Source: an uncultured Planctomycetota bacterium
GTDB lineage: Bacteria; Planctomycetota; PLA2; JAEUHO01
NCBI GenBank assembly: GCA_963752285.1
Contig: CAVVXN010000002.1
Span: forward strand, 64,001 to 128,000
Length of the DNA stretch: 64,000 bases
Direction of reading: 5' to 3'
This document shows positions 31,201-38,792 of the stretch, in pieces. Position 1 is the first letter of the stretch. Each line of letters opens with the position of its first letter. Under the pieces are notes generated by a model. That model was not told where the DNA came from and did no database searches. It worked only from the letters and a program-made list of their open reading frames with translations. Made by a program: the position numbers and the translations under genes.

Positions 31201-32111
31201 GCGCCGCGGTCCGCGACGCGCGGGGCGACGTCGAAGGGGCGCTCGACGACTGCGCGTCCTACGCGAAGCTCCAGCCCGACGACCCCGACCCCTGGCGGTG
31301 GACCGCGGAGCTCGAGGCGAAGCGAGAGAACCCGGCCGCCGCGGCGAAGGCGCTCGAGAAGGCGCTCGAGGTCAACCGGACGGGCGAGGGCCTGGCGATC
31401 GACCTCGCGAACCTGGGCGAGCTCCTCGGCCACGGGCTCCATCGGCCGAAGGAGGCCCGGACGTACCTGCTCCGCGCCGCGAAGCTCGACCCGCAGAACC
31501 CGATCACGCTGACGAGCCTCGCCAACGTCGAGGCCGACCTCGGGAACTACGAGGAGAGCGCCCGTCGTTTCGCGGCCGCGCGGGACCTCTCGCCCGACGA
31601 CGTGAACCTCCACCGAAACACCGCCTGGGCGCTCATGAAGGCGGGCGAGCACGCCAAGGCCGTGGACGCGTTGGAGCTCGGCCTCGCCCACCTCCCCGAG
31701 AAGGAGACCTCCGTCCTCCACCATCTCCTCGCGTGGGAACTGTGCGCCGCTCCCGACGCCGCGCTCCGCGATCCGGCCCGCGCCGTGGAGCACGCCCGCA
31801 AGTCGGTGGATCTCGACGACCAGAAGGATCCGGAGCAGACGGCGATGCTCCACTCGGTCCTGGGGCAGGCGCTCGTCCGGGCGAAGCGGTACCGGGAGGC
31901 CCAGGACGAGCTCGAGAAGGCGCGCGCGGGCTCGCCGAAGGTCGAGCCCGCGGCGTCGTATGCGCTCGCGCTCTCCGAGCTCGGGCTCGGCCACCGCGAG
32001 GCGGCCCGCGAAGCGTTCGACCGCGCCGAGACGCTCCGCGCCGCCGCGAAGGAGCCCGATCCCGACGACGACCGCCTCGCCGGCGAGGTGAAGGCCGCAC
32101 TCGGTTTCTGA
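28245..32111 (+). CDS. serine/threonine protein kinase with long TPR array
   Basis: GRGGMGVVY, VALK, HRDLKPAN, DFG, GTPAYMSPEQ and DVYALG motifs, then a hydrophobic segment and many TPR-like repeats. Confidence 0.92.
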   Translation: MTPDERVDEIFAAWRAAWDRGERIEPRRVVAEHPDVAEALALRFEVLSLLDRVVGEALAGSPLEGASPGGAPPAEGRVLGDYRLLREVGRGGMGVVYEAEQVSMRRRVALKVLYPTVTQSPRAIERFRREAQATGRLHHTNIVSVHGIGSEAGTWFYAMDLVEGRPLHRVIEDMRRLEGLPADAPERQESSSAGGAFSTSAGRPEEYAHVARAFWGVADALATAHAAGVVHRDLKPANLLLDGTGTLKIVDFGLARIRGEEGALTVTGDVVGTPAYMSPEQARGREVDARSDVYALGATLYEVLARRPPFAGDDVAVVLRQVLTRDPPPLRRVQRRIPRDLETIVMRAIEKEPERRYPSAKDLAHDLLLFAEGGAIKARPIGPLARVWRRLRRHKGRTLLGAAGLAALVVALLFARRAYEESRSRERLEYDLLVRQGVAAAWGAELDDQAATEARDLFRRALPLAPERYDADVALAFLERGASARLARAKAARGKGLSPAAAGLLEAYVHRREGEEALAKPLETRWRGVAGGEAFGLLLDAEERAARGDYDGALEGYAALLERAPDPALLALEAHRRRAGLALEVGRFEMALEDLHALRPVGHPSPLLLLAEAWCWRGLGRTDTAEETFAQALDLAKDDVNGLSALGQRSIVLGAHAWLDRIAKAGEERYPDHLALLQVRAESSSDAGDFAGAAALYERLVGAHPDDTALRSHWARLLCRVGRGDEAAKVVHDVEAREPTDAATFVNLAEVYRLLHEPDRAVAAAKRAVAGEVPPRGAAEQLVRALLSAGQKDEAEKAALEGMARAPRDPEVFVAAAQAAAETGNPENAVSRYRRALALDPGRPDAAYLLGKLLAREKKLAEAETYLRQAVEARPDIASAHQSLAFVLRDENRLKESIDEFRRAVAIDPKNGLALCEISNEQRQLGDLDGAVRSLREAIAVTPDDVVLHINLAGLLNDAEHCDEAAAELESVASRAQGFPVFFWNRAAVRDARGDVEGALDDCASYAKLQPDDPDPWRWTAELEAKRENPAAAAKALEKALEVNRTGEGLAIDLANLGELLGHGLHRPKEARTYLLRAAKLDPQNPITLTSLANVEADLGNYEESARRFAAARDLSPDDVNLHRNTAWALMKAGEHAKAVDALELGLAHLPEKETSVLHHLLAWELCAAPDAALRDPARAVEHARKSVDLDDQKDPEQTAMLHSVLGQALVRAKRYREAQDELEKARAGSPKVEPAASYALALSELGLGHREAAREAFDRAETLRAAAKEPDPDDDRLAGEVKAALGF

Positions 32112-32237
32112 CGGGGGCGACGTCTACGCGGACCGCGCCCGCCCGCCGCGGGGGCGCGCGCCCCGGACCCGCTCGGGTCCCCTCAGTCGTCCGTGCTCGG
32201 TCTCGTGCCCCGCGCGGGGTCGGGGGCGATGGAGAAG

Positions 32238-32329
32238 CGACTCCCGACCCGAATTTTCGGTTTACGTGCCGTGGCCGTTCCGGACCAGACCGAAGCACCG
32301 CCATGGTCGAAAATTCGGGTCGGGAGTCG
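32238..32329. repeat. 92-bp palindromic element with perfect 22-bp terminal inverted repeats
   Basis: CGACTCCCGACCCGAATTTTCG (32238-32259) and its exact reverse complement (32308-32329). Confidence 0.85.
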
Positions 32330-32427
32330 ATATTCATTCTCGATAACGGTCGACCATCGGCCGGCGTCCTTCTCCCCGGCGCCGGGCTCCGCACGGTCGC
32401 GGACCCGAGGCGCACGGAGGTGCGGAC

Positions 32428-33795
32428 ATGGGACAGTGGACGACGCGACGGCTCTCGGTATTCCTGGCGGCGGCGGCCCTCGCGGCGGCGCCGGCCCGCG
32501 TGCTCGCCGGCGACGGAGCGAACGCGCCGCCGGCGAAGGCGGAGCAGGAGCCGGCCGGCGCCACGTCGGACCGGTTCGTCGTCCACGAGTGGGGCACGTT
32601 CACGTCGATGCAGGGCGACGACGGCCTCGTCCTCGAGGGGCTCTCCCGCGAGGAGGCGTCGCTCCCCGACTTCGTCTACTCCCGCGCGAAGGTGCGCGCG
32701 TGTCCGCTGCGGGCCGAGGGCTACAAGGGCCTGGAGGTGCCGGCCGAGCACGTGACGCAGAAGCTCGAGACCCCGGTCGTCTACTTCCACTCCTCCCGCC
32801 GCCGCGACGTCCGCGTGCGGGTCGACTTCGTGGGCGGACTCCTGTCGCAGTGGTATCCGGTGAGCGACCTCCTCGGGCCCCCCGAGGGCGCGCGCGACGC
32901 CGGCCCGCTGGACGTGTCGAAGGTCACCCGCAGCTTCCTGCAGTGGGACCTGACCGTGCTGCCGCAGGGAGCGGACGCGGACGCCGCGCAGCGTCCGGCC
33001 GACCTCCCCGACGTCGCCGGCGACGACCCCTGGGGCTACGCCCGCGAGGTGAACGCGTCGTGGGTTCGCACGAAGCCGCGCACCGACTCCGGCCGCGCCG
33101 GACCGGAGGAGGCCGAGCGCTACCTGTTCTACCGCGGCCTCGGACGCTTCGGACTGCCGCTCGACGCGCGGTCGTACGGAAACGGGATGGTCGTGCTGCT
33201 GAACCGCGGGGACGCGCCGCTCGGCCCCGCCATCGTGATGGAGATCCGCGGCGAGCGCGGGCGGATGACGATCTCGGACCCCGTTCCCGCGGGCGGCGGC
33301 GTCAAGGCGGTGCTCCGCGACGGGAAGTGGTGGGGCCCGCGGAGCGACATCGAGCGGAAGCTCGCCGCTCTGCTCGCCAAGCGCCTGCGCGAGGAGGGGC
33401 TGGACGCCGACGAGGCCCGCGCGATGGTGCGGACGTGGGCGAGGAGCTGGTTCGGGACGCAGGGGTTGCGCGTGCTCTGGATCGTGCCACGCGCGGTCGT
33501 GGACCGCGTGCTGCCGCTGTCGATCGACCCGGCGCCGGACGCCCTCGTGCGCGTGCTCGTCGGTCGCACCGAGCTGATCACGCCGGACGAGGCCGCGGCG
33601 GACACGAAGGCCGTGCGCGACTGGTCGTCCGCGGACGGCGACGTGCGCGCCGCGGCGCGCGCGCACCTGGCGGCCCTCGAGCGGTTCCTCGAGCCGCACG
33701 TCCGCAACGTGCTGGCGGCGACGGACGATACGGCGGTGCGCGCGAACGCCGTGGCGATCCTCGCGCGTATCGGGGCGGCGGAGGAGGCGCGGTGA
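32428..33795 (+). CDS. exported hypothetical protein (VHEWGTF, ETPVVYF, YLFYRG motifs)
   Basis: Signal peptide, GC3-biased long ORF, and position first in the operon with the ECF/FecR genes. Confidence 0.75.
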   Translation: MGQWTTRRLSVFLAAAALAAAPARVLAGDGANAPPAKAEQEPAGATSDRFVVHEWGTFTSMQGDDGLVLEGLSREEASLPDFVYSRAKVRACPLRAEGYKGLEVPAEHVTQKLETPVVYFHSSRRRDVRVRVDFVGGLLSQWYPVSDLLGPPEGARDAGPLDVSKVTRSFLQWDLTVLPQGADADAAQRPADLPDVAGDDPWGYAREVNASWVRTKPRTDSGRAGPEEAERYLFYRGLGRFGLPLDARSYGNGMVVLLNRGDAPLGPAIVMEIRGERGRMTISDPVPAGGGVKAVLRDGKWWGPRSDIERKLAALLAKRLREEGLDADEARAMVRTWARSWFGTQGLRVLWIVPRAVVDRVLPLSIDPAPDALVRVLVGRTELITPDEAAADTKAVRDWSSADGDVRAAARAHLAALERFLEPHVRNVLAATDDTAVRANAVAILARIGAAEEAR

Positions 33796-33826
33796 CGAGG
33801 TCGCGGAGCGCGGCGCCGAGGTAGCC

Positions 33827-34420
33827 GTGGTAGCGTCGGTCGCCGTGACCGCGCGCCCGGCCCCGTCGATGCCGCCTCCGCGCCGCGCCGCGCCGTCCGC
33901 ACTCGCCGCCGTCGTGCGCGCCGCGCGGGAGGGCCGGCCGGGCGCGTTCGCGGAGCTGCACCGGCGGTTCGCTCCCGTGGTGCACGGCATCGCCCTGGCC
34001 CACGTCGGGCCCGCCGACGCCGAGGACGTGACGCAGGACGTGTTCCTCCGCGTCCACGGGAAGCTCGGGACGCTGCGCGACGAGCAGGCGTTCCCGGCGT
34101 GGATCTGCCGGCTCGCGCGCAACGCCGCACGCGACCACGCACGGACGGTGGGGCGGCGCGTCGCGCGGGCGCCGCTGCCGGACGAGCCCGCCGCGCCGCC
34201 CGCGCCGACACCCGACGACGAGCTGCGCGAGCGCGTGCTCCGCCGGCTGGCGGAGCTCCCGGCCGCCTACCGCGAGACGCTGTTCCTGCGGCTGGCCGAG
34301 GGGCTCACGGGTCCCGAGATCGCCGAGCGCACGGGGCTGACTCCCGCGTCCGTGCGTGTCAACCTGTGCCGCGGCATGGCGCTGCTGCGACCGCTCCTCG
34401 AAGAGGACGGATGGCAATGA
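33827..34420 (+). CDS. ECF sigma factor
   Basis: AEDVTQDVFL, FPAWICRLARN and region 4 EIAERTGLTPASVRVNL. Confidence 0.9.
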   Translation: MVASVAVTARPAPSMPPPRRAAPSALAAVVRAAREGRPGAFAELHRRFAPVVHGIALAHVGPADAEDVTQDVFLRVHGKLGTLRDEQAFPAWICRLARNAARDHARTVGRRVARAPLPDEPAAPPAPTPDDELRERVLRRLAELPAAYRETLFLRLAEGLTGPEIAERTGLTPASVRVNLCRGMALLRPLLEEDGWQ

Positions 34421-35397
34421 GCACTCCCGACGACGACTACCTCTTCGACGGGTCCGGACGTCCCTCGACGGACGTGGAGCGGCTCGAGCGGCTCCTGCGC
34501 CCGTTGGGTCACCGCCGGGAGGCGTCGACGCGCGACCACGTGCGGTCGCCGCGCGTGACACCCCCGGCGCGGCGCCGGAGGGCGACGGTGCGGCGCGTCG
34601 TCGTGGCCGTCGCCGCGCTCGCTGCCACGGCCGCGTGCCTCCTCGTGTCGCTGCACGGGGCGGACGCGCCCGCGACCCCGGGGCCGGGGCGCGTCGCACC
34701 GCAGACCGCCGCCACGTCCGCCCCCGCCGACGGGACGTGGATCGAGACACACGACTCCGCGCGGGAGATCCGCCTGGGCGGCGTCTCGCTCGTACGCGTG
34801 GCACCGCGCACGCGCCTGCAGGTCCGGAGGATCACGCACGACGCGCAACGGCTGTACCTCCAGCGCGGCGGCATCGAGGCGACCGTCTCGTGGTCCGCAC
34901 GGCCGCGCTTCTTCCAGGTCGAGACGGATGCGGCGCGATGCGTCGACCTGGGATGCCGCTACACGCTGGACGTGGACGACGCGGGCGTCGCCACCGTGCG
35001 CGTGCTCACCGGACGGGTCTCCTTCGAGACGCCCGCACGCGAGGTGCTGGTCCCCGCCGGAGCGGCGGCGGTCGCCCGACCCGAACAGGGGCCGGGGACG
35101 CCGTGTTTCGACGACGCGCCGGCGGCCCTGCGCGACGCGTTCGCCGCGTTCGACGCGTTGCGGGCGGGGCCCGCCGCGGAGCGCCGCGCGCGCGCCCTCG
35201 CCGCGCTCGCGGACGTCCGCGGCCCGCGCGACACCCTGCCGGCGTGGCACCTCCTGCAGGAGGACGACGCGGCGATCGTCGCCGCCGCCGACGCGTGCCT
35301 GCGGCGCGTCGCCGGTCCGTGCGGCGTTCCCGCGACCGCCCCCCCGGCGGTCCGGCGGGACGCGTGGAAGCAGCGCCTCCTCTCCCGCTGCTGGTGA
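34417..35397 (+). CDS. FecR-domain anti-sigma factor
   Basis: ATGA overlap with the sigma gene, one TM helix, and FecR-like LQRGGI...FQVET...VDLGCRY...VLTGRV. Confidence 0.8.
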   Translation: MSTPDDDYLFDGSGRPSTDVERLERLLRPLGHRREASTRDHVRSPRVTPPARRRRATVRRVVVAVAALAATAACLLVSLHGADAPATPGPGRVAPQTAATSAPADGTWIETHDSAREIRLGGVSLVRVAPRTRLQVRRITHDAQRLYLQRGGIEATVSWSARPRFFQVETDAARCVDLGCRYTLDVDDAGVATVRVLTGRVSFETPAREVLVPAGAAAVARPEQGPGTPCFDDAPAALRDAFAAFDALRAGPAAERRARALAALADVRGPRDTLPAWHLLQEDDAAIVAAADACLRRVAGPCGVPATAPPAVRRDAWKQRLLSRCW

Positions 35398-35508
35398 CCC
35401 CCCGCGAAGACGCAACGCCGCTGCCTGTATCAGGCGCCCCGCTCGTGGACCGAATGGGTGACGCATGGGAGATCGCGCACCCGAGCCCGGACGGGCGGAG
35501 AGGATCGG

Positions 35509-36411
35509 ATGAGAGGCAGAACCCATCGTGGATGGACCACCGCCCTGGCGCTCACGGCGGCGCTGGCGTTCTCGGCGGGAGTGGGGCTCGCCGTCGGCAA
35601 CGCGACGACCGGGATCGGCAGCGGCGGCCGCGTGCTCGGCGACATCTCGCAGGAGCCGGGCGAGACCGACACGATCGGGCTCCACCTGATCGCCGGACAG
35701 GAGCTGACGCTCAAGCTCTCCGCCGCCTTCGACCCGACGGTCACCCTCCGCGGTCCCGACGGCACGCCGCTGCCGCTCGGCGTGACGCCGTCACGGAAGC
35801 TCGCCGTGAAGGGCCTGTCCGTGGCGCAGACCGGCGCGTACTCGTTGACCAGCGCCGCGACCTCCGGCACGCAGGGCCGCTACAAGCTGACGGCCCTCGC
35901 CGCCTGGCCGAAGAAGGTGGACCTGAGCGGCGACGGCCAGACCACGTTCGACGTCTGGATGCCCGCCGACGCCGCCTTCAAGGGCAAGTTCGTCTGCAGC
36001 GCCGGCGACGCATCGGTGGTCTCGGTCACCGACCCCTCCGGCGCGCAGATCGCGGGTCCGATCACGGGCCGCCGCGGGAAGGTCGCGTGGAAGTCGCTGC
36101 ACACGCCCGTGGCCGGCCTCTACCGGGTGACCATGGACGGGCCCGGCGCGTACCGCGGCACGGTCGTCCGGAAGGTCCGCAAGGCGCGCGGTGGCAACGT
36201 CGACGTGCGCAACGGGCTGTCGACGGTCAGCTTCGCCCGGGACGGCATCGCGCAGCTCTTCGCCTCGCGCTGCGCCGCGTGCCACACATGGGCCACCAGC
36301 TACTCCGGTGTGACGTCGTACGCCAAGCTGGCGTACGCCCGCATGCACAACGGCACCATGCCCCAGCAGGGACCTCCCGTGGTCGGCAGCGACCGGCGGG
36401 TGTCAAGGTAG
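35509..36411 (+). CDS. secreted protein with C-terminal c-type heme motif, 3' end cut by IS
   Basis: Signal peptide, CAACH and GTMP motifs; the last codons and the stop lie inside the IS inverted repeat. Confidence 0.7.
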   Translation: MRGRTHRGWTTALALTAALAFSAGVGLAVGNATTGIGSGGRVLGDISQEPGETDTIGLHLIAGQELTLKLSAAFDPTVTLRGPDGTPLPLGVTPSRKLAVKGLSVAQTGAYSLTSAATSGTQGRYKLTALAAWPKKVDLSGDGQTTFDVWMPADAAFKGKFVCSAGDASVVSVTDPSGAQIAGPITGRRGKVAWKSLHTPVAGLYRVTMDGPGAYRGTVVRKVRKARGGNVDVRNGLSTVSFARDGIAQLFASRCAACHTWATSYSGVTSYAKLAYARMHNGTMPQQGPPVVGSDRRVSR

Positions 36412-37762
36412 TTGTCGCCTCGCGACATGTTCCTACGCAGCCTCTTCCGAGGCGGCCTCGATGCCCGTCTCGGGGTCGAGAGCAACCTCCTGCGGGCGAC
36501 TCCAGTCTCGGGTCTCCTTGGTCCAGCGGTTCGGATTCCGGGCCTTCGCGGCCTCGTGGAGCTCTCTGCGACGTGCCAGGATCTCGACGTCGTCGCCGTC
36601 GTGGCGTTGCCGCGGCGTCACGAACTTGATGGCGCTGTGTCGATGCTCGGTGTCGTACCAATCCACGAACCAGGCCGCCCAGCTGCGCGCCTGCTCGAGC
36701 GAGGCGAAGGGCTTGCGCGGGGACTCCGGGCGGTACTTCGTGGTCCGGAAGAGGGACTCCGAGTACGGGTTGTCGTTGCTCACGCTCGGCCTGCTGAAGG
36801 GCGGCACGACGCCGATGCTCTGCAGGAAGGCCAGCAGCGTGGCCGCCTTCATGGGCGCACCGTTGTCGGAGTGGATCACGAGTTGGTCGCGGCGCACGTC
36901 CTCACGCCGGCAGGCTGCTGCAATCATGGCCTGTGCGTGCTCGGCGGACTCCTCAGCCTGCAGCGTCCATCCCACGATCTTCCGGCTCCAGACGTCCATC
37001 ACGATGTAGTAGTAGAAGAACATCCCGCGCACGGGGCCGCGCAAGTAGGTGATGTCCCAGCTCCACACCTGGTTCGGGCCCGTGGCGACGTGTTCATCGG
37101 GCTTGTGGCGCTCGGTCGGCGGGCGCGAGGGCTCGCGGTGCTTCTGCATCTTCGCTTCGTGCAGGATCCGGTAGAACGTCGACTCACTGCCGAGGTAGAC
37201 ACCGTCGTCGGCGAGCTGCGGCACGATCTGCTTGGGGCTGAGATCACGGTACTCAGGCGCCGTAGCGAGGGCCTTGGTGCGCCACGCTTCCAGCTCGGCC
37301 TCATGCACGCCCTCCCGGCGCAGGAAGGCCCCCAACTCCTCTTCGGAGAGGGCCGAGGCCTCCAGCACGAGGCGGAGCTTGTCCTGGGCGGTGCGGCGGG
37401 CGGAGCCCTTGGACCGGGACTGGCGCTTCTTCTTCGTCATGGGCGAGACGGTAGGCTGCGCCTCGGACGCTCGGCGCAGCCACCGCGACAACGTGTTCTG
37501 CGATACCCCGACCTCCGTGGCAAGGGCCGTCGCGCTGATGGACTCCGGTCCCGCCATGCGCTGGACCATGCGAGCCTTGAAGCCTGCGGTGTACGTGGAC
37601 ATTCACGTCTCCACCGCCCCCTGAGAATCGTTCTGAAAAAAATCGCCCCCCATGGGGGGCCTGCCCTACGGGCAGGAAGAGGGGAGGCCGTGCCCTACCG
37701 AGGCTTCGCCTTGGCAGGGGCCCCACGGCCCCCCCCAGAGGCGGGCGACAACTACGCTGACA
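36401..37762 (-). mobile_element. IS3-family insertion sequence (probably internally deleted)
   Basis: TG...CA ends with imperfect IRs (TGTCAAGGTAGTTGTCGCC / TGTCAGCGTAGTTGTCGCC) around a DDE transposase; no clear target duplication. Confidence 0.88.
36433..37602 (-). CDS. IS3-family transposase (HTH + rve integrase core)
   Basis: WSWDITY, DVWSRKIVGW, HSDNG and NDNPYSESLF motifs, with an N-terminal HTH. Confidence 0.9.
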   Translation of the reverse strand: MSTYTAGFKARMVQRMAGPESISATALATEVGVSQNTLSRWLRRASEAQPTVSPMTKKKRQSRSKGSARRTAQDKLRLVLEASALSEEELGAFLRREGVHEAELEAWRTKALATAPEYRDLSPKQIVPQLADDGVYLGSESTFYRILHEAKMQKHREPSRPPTERHKPDEHVATGPNQVWSWDITYLRGPVRGMFFYYYIVMDVWSRKIVGWTLQAEESAEHAQAMIAAACRREDVRRDQLVIHSDNGAPMKAATLLAFLQSIGVVPPFSRPSVSNDNPYSESLFRTTKYRPESPRKPFASLEQARSWAAWFVDWYDTEHRHSAIKFVTPRQRHDGDDVEILARRRELHEAAKARNPNRWTKETRDWSRPQEVALDPETGIEAASEEAA

Positions 37763-37860
37763 CAGGGGGGAGCCGATGGCGCTGCGGTTGGGGATTGACG
37801 TATACGGTTCACGCCGCACCATTGCGGCAAGACGAACGCAGGCTTGGGTGGAGGAGTCGC

Positions 37861-38220
37861 ATGCCGAAGACGACGAGCATCACCGAGGCGGTCATCAGCC
37901 TGATCCAGACGATGGAGGACGTGGTCCGACGGTTCGGCGACCGGATCGAGCGCGGCCCCGAGGTTCGATCAGTGCCCCACGAGGCCGCGAAGCCTCGTCG
38001 CGTCCGGGATCGGTCGCCACGAACCCCGGCTGCCGAGAGGGCCGCCTCGGCGCCGCGCGCTCCGGCCTCCGGCGCCCCGAAGGTCCGCGGGACGTCCGAG
38101 AAGCTCCGCTCGGCCCTCAAGAACCACTGGGCGAACATGACGCCGGAGGAGCGCGCCGCGCGCATCGCGAAGATGCGGGCCGGCCACCGGAAGGGACGGG
38201 CGCGGGGCACGACGAGCTGA
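37861..38220 (+). CDS. small basic K/R/A-rich protein, paralogue 2
   Basis: GGAGG RBS; paralogue of 19028-19459. Confidence 0.75.
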   Translation: MPKTTSITEAVISLIQTMEDVVRRFGDRIERGPEVRSVPHEAAKPRRVRDRSPRTPAAERAASAPRAPASGAPKVRGTSEKLRSALKNHWANMTPEERAARIAKMRAGHRKGRARGTTS

Positions 38221-38777
38221 GAGGCCAGTCCCGGGCGTACGCGATCCGTCGCGTAGGGCGGACGAGGACCTCGGGAACGGCGGACGGGGCGTTTCCGGCG
38301 GCGGCGCGGCAGCCCCCGAAGGCGCCGCACCACGACGTGCGCCATCGCACTCGCGTGATCCGTCTCGAGCCGCGTCGGGCAGGCGACGGGGGCGCCCGGA
38401 GGGTGGGCCCGGCGGCTCGTCCTCGCTCGACGTTCGCGCTGGCCCGCGCCTCCGCCGGACTCGCGCGAGGACCGCTCGCCCCGGGTCGGCGACGCGCGGT
38501 CCACCCCGCGTCGTCCCCGCGGACCGGGTCACCTCGACGTGCGTTCGGGCCCCCGGTCTGTGGGAGGACGGGCCGCGGCTCCGGGGTGACCGACGGGGGG
38601 GACCCCGACTTCGTCGCGTGCGCCGTCCCATGGCCCTGCGAACCGGCGCGAGGGCGTTTCGAGCCCGCGCGCGCCGGGGAACCCGCGGTCGGACGTGGGG
38701 CTGGCCCGGGTCGATCTCCGTGCCGGCCCGGGCGTGTCGGACCCCTCGGGTAGGTTCACGTCCCAGACCGCGCTTCT

Positions 38778-38791
38778 TCGAAAGGTTTCGA
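38778..38791. promoter_or_regulatory. candidate operator palindrome TCGAAA-GG-TTTCGA
   Basis: Perfect AT-rich inverted repeat ending 2 bp before the ATG at 38793. Confidence 0.35.
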
Positions 38792-38792
38792 C

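Noticed and set aside
27971..32755. Very long Arg/Pro/Gly-rich alternative and antisense ORFs (e.g. 27971-32755, 28185-31994, 7364-10027, 41257-44034)
   Set aside because: These are expected stop-poor shadow frames of real genes in very high-GC DNA, with no motifs.
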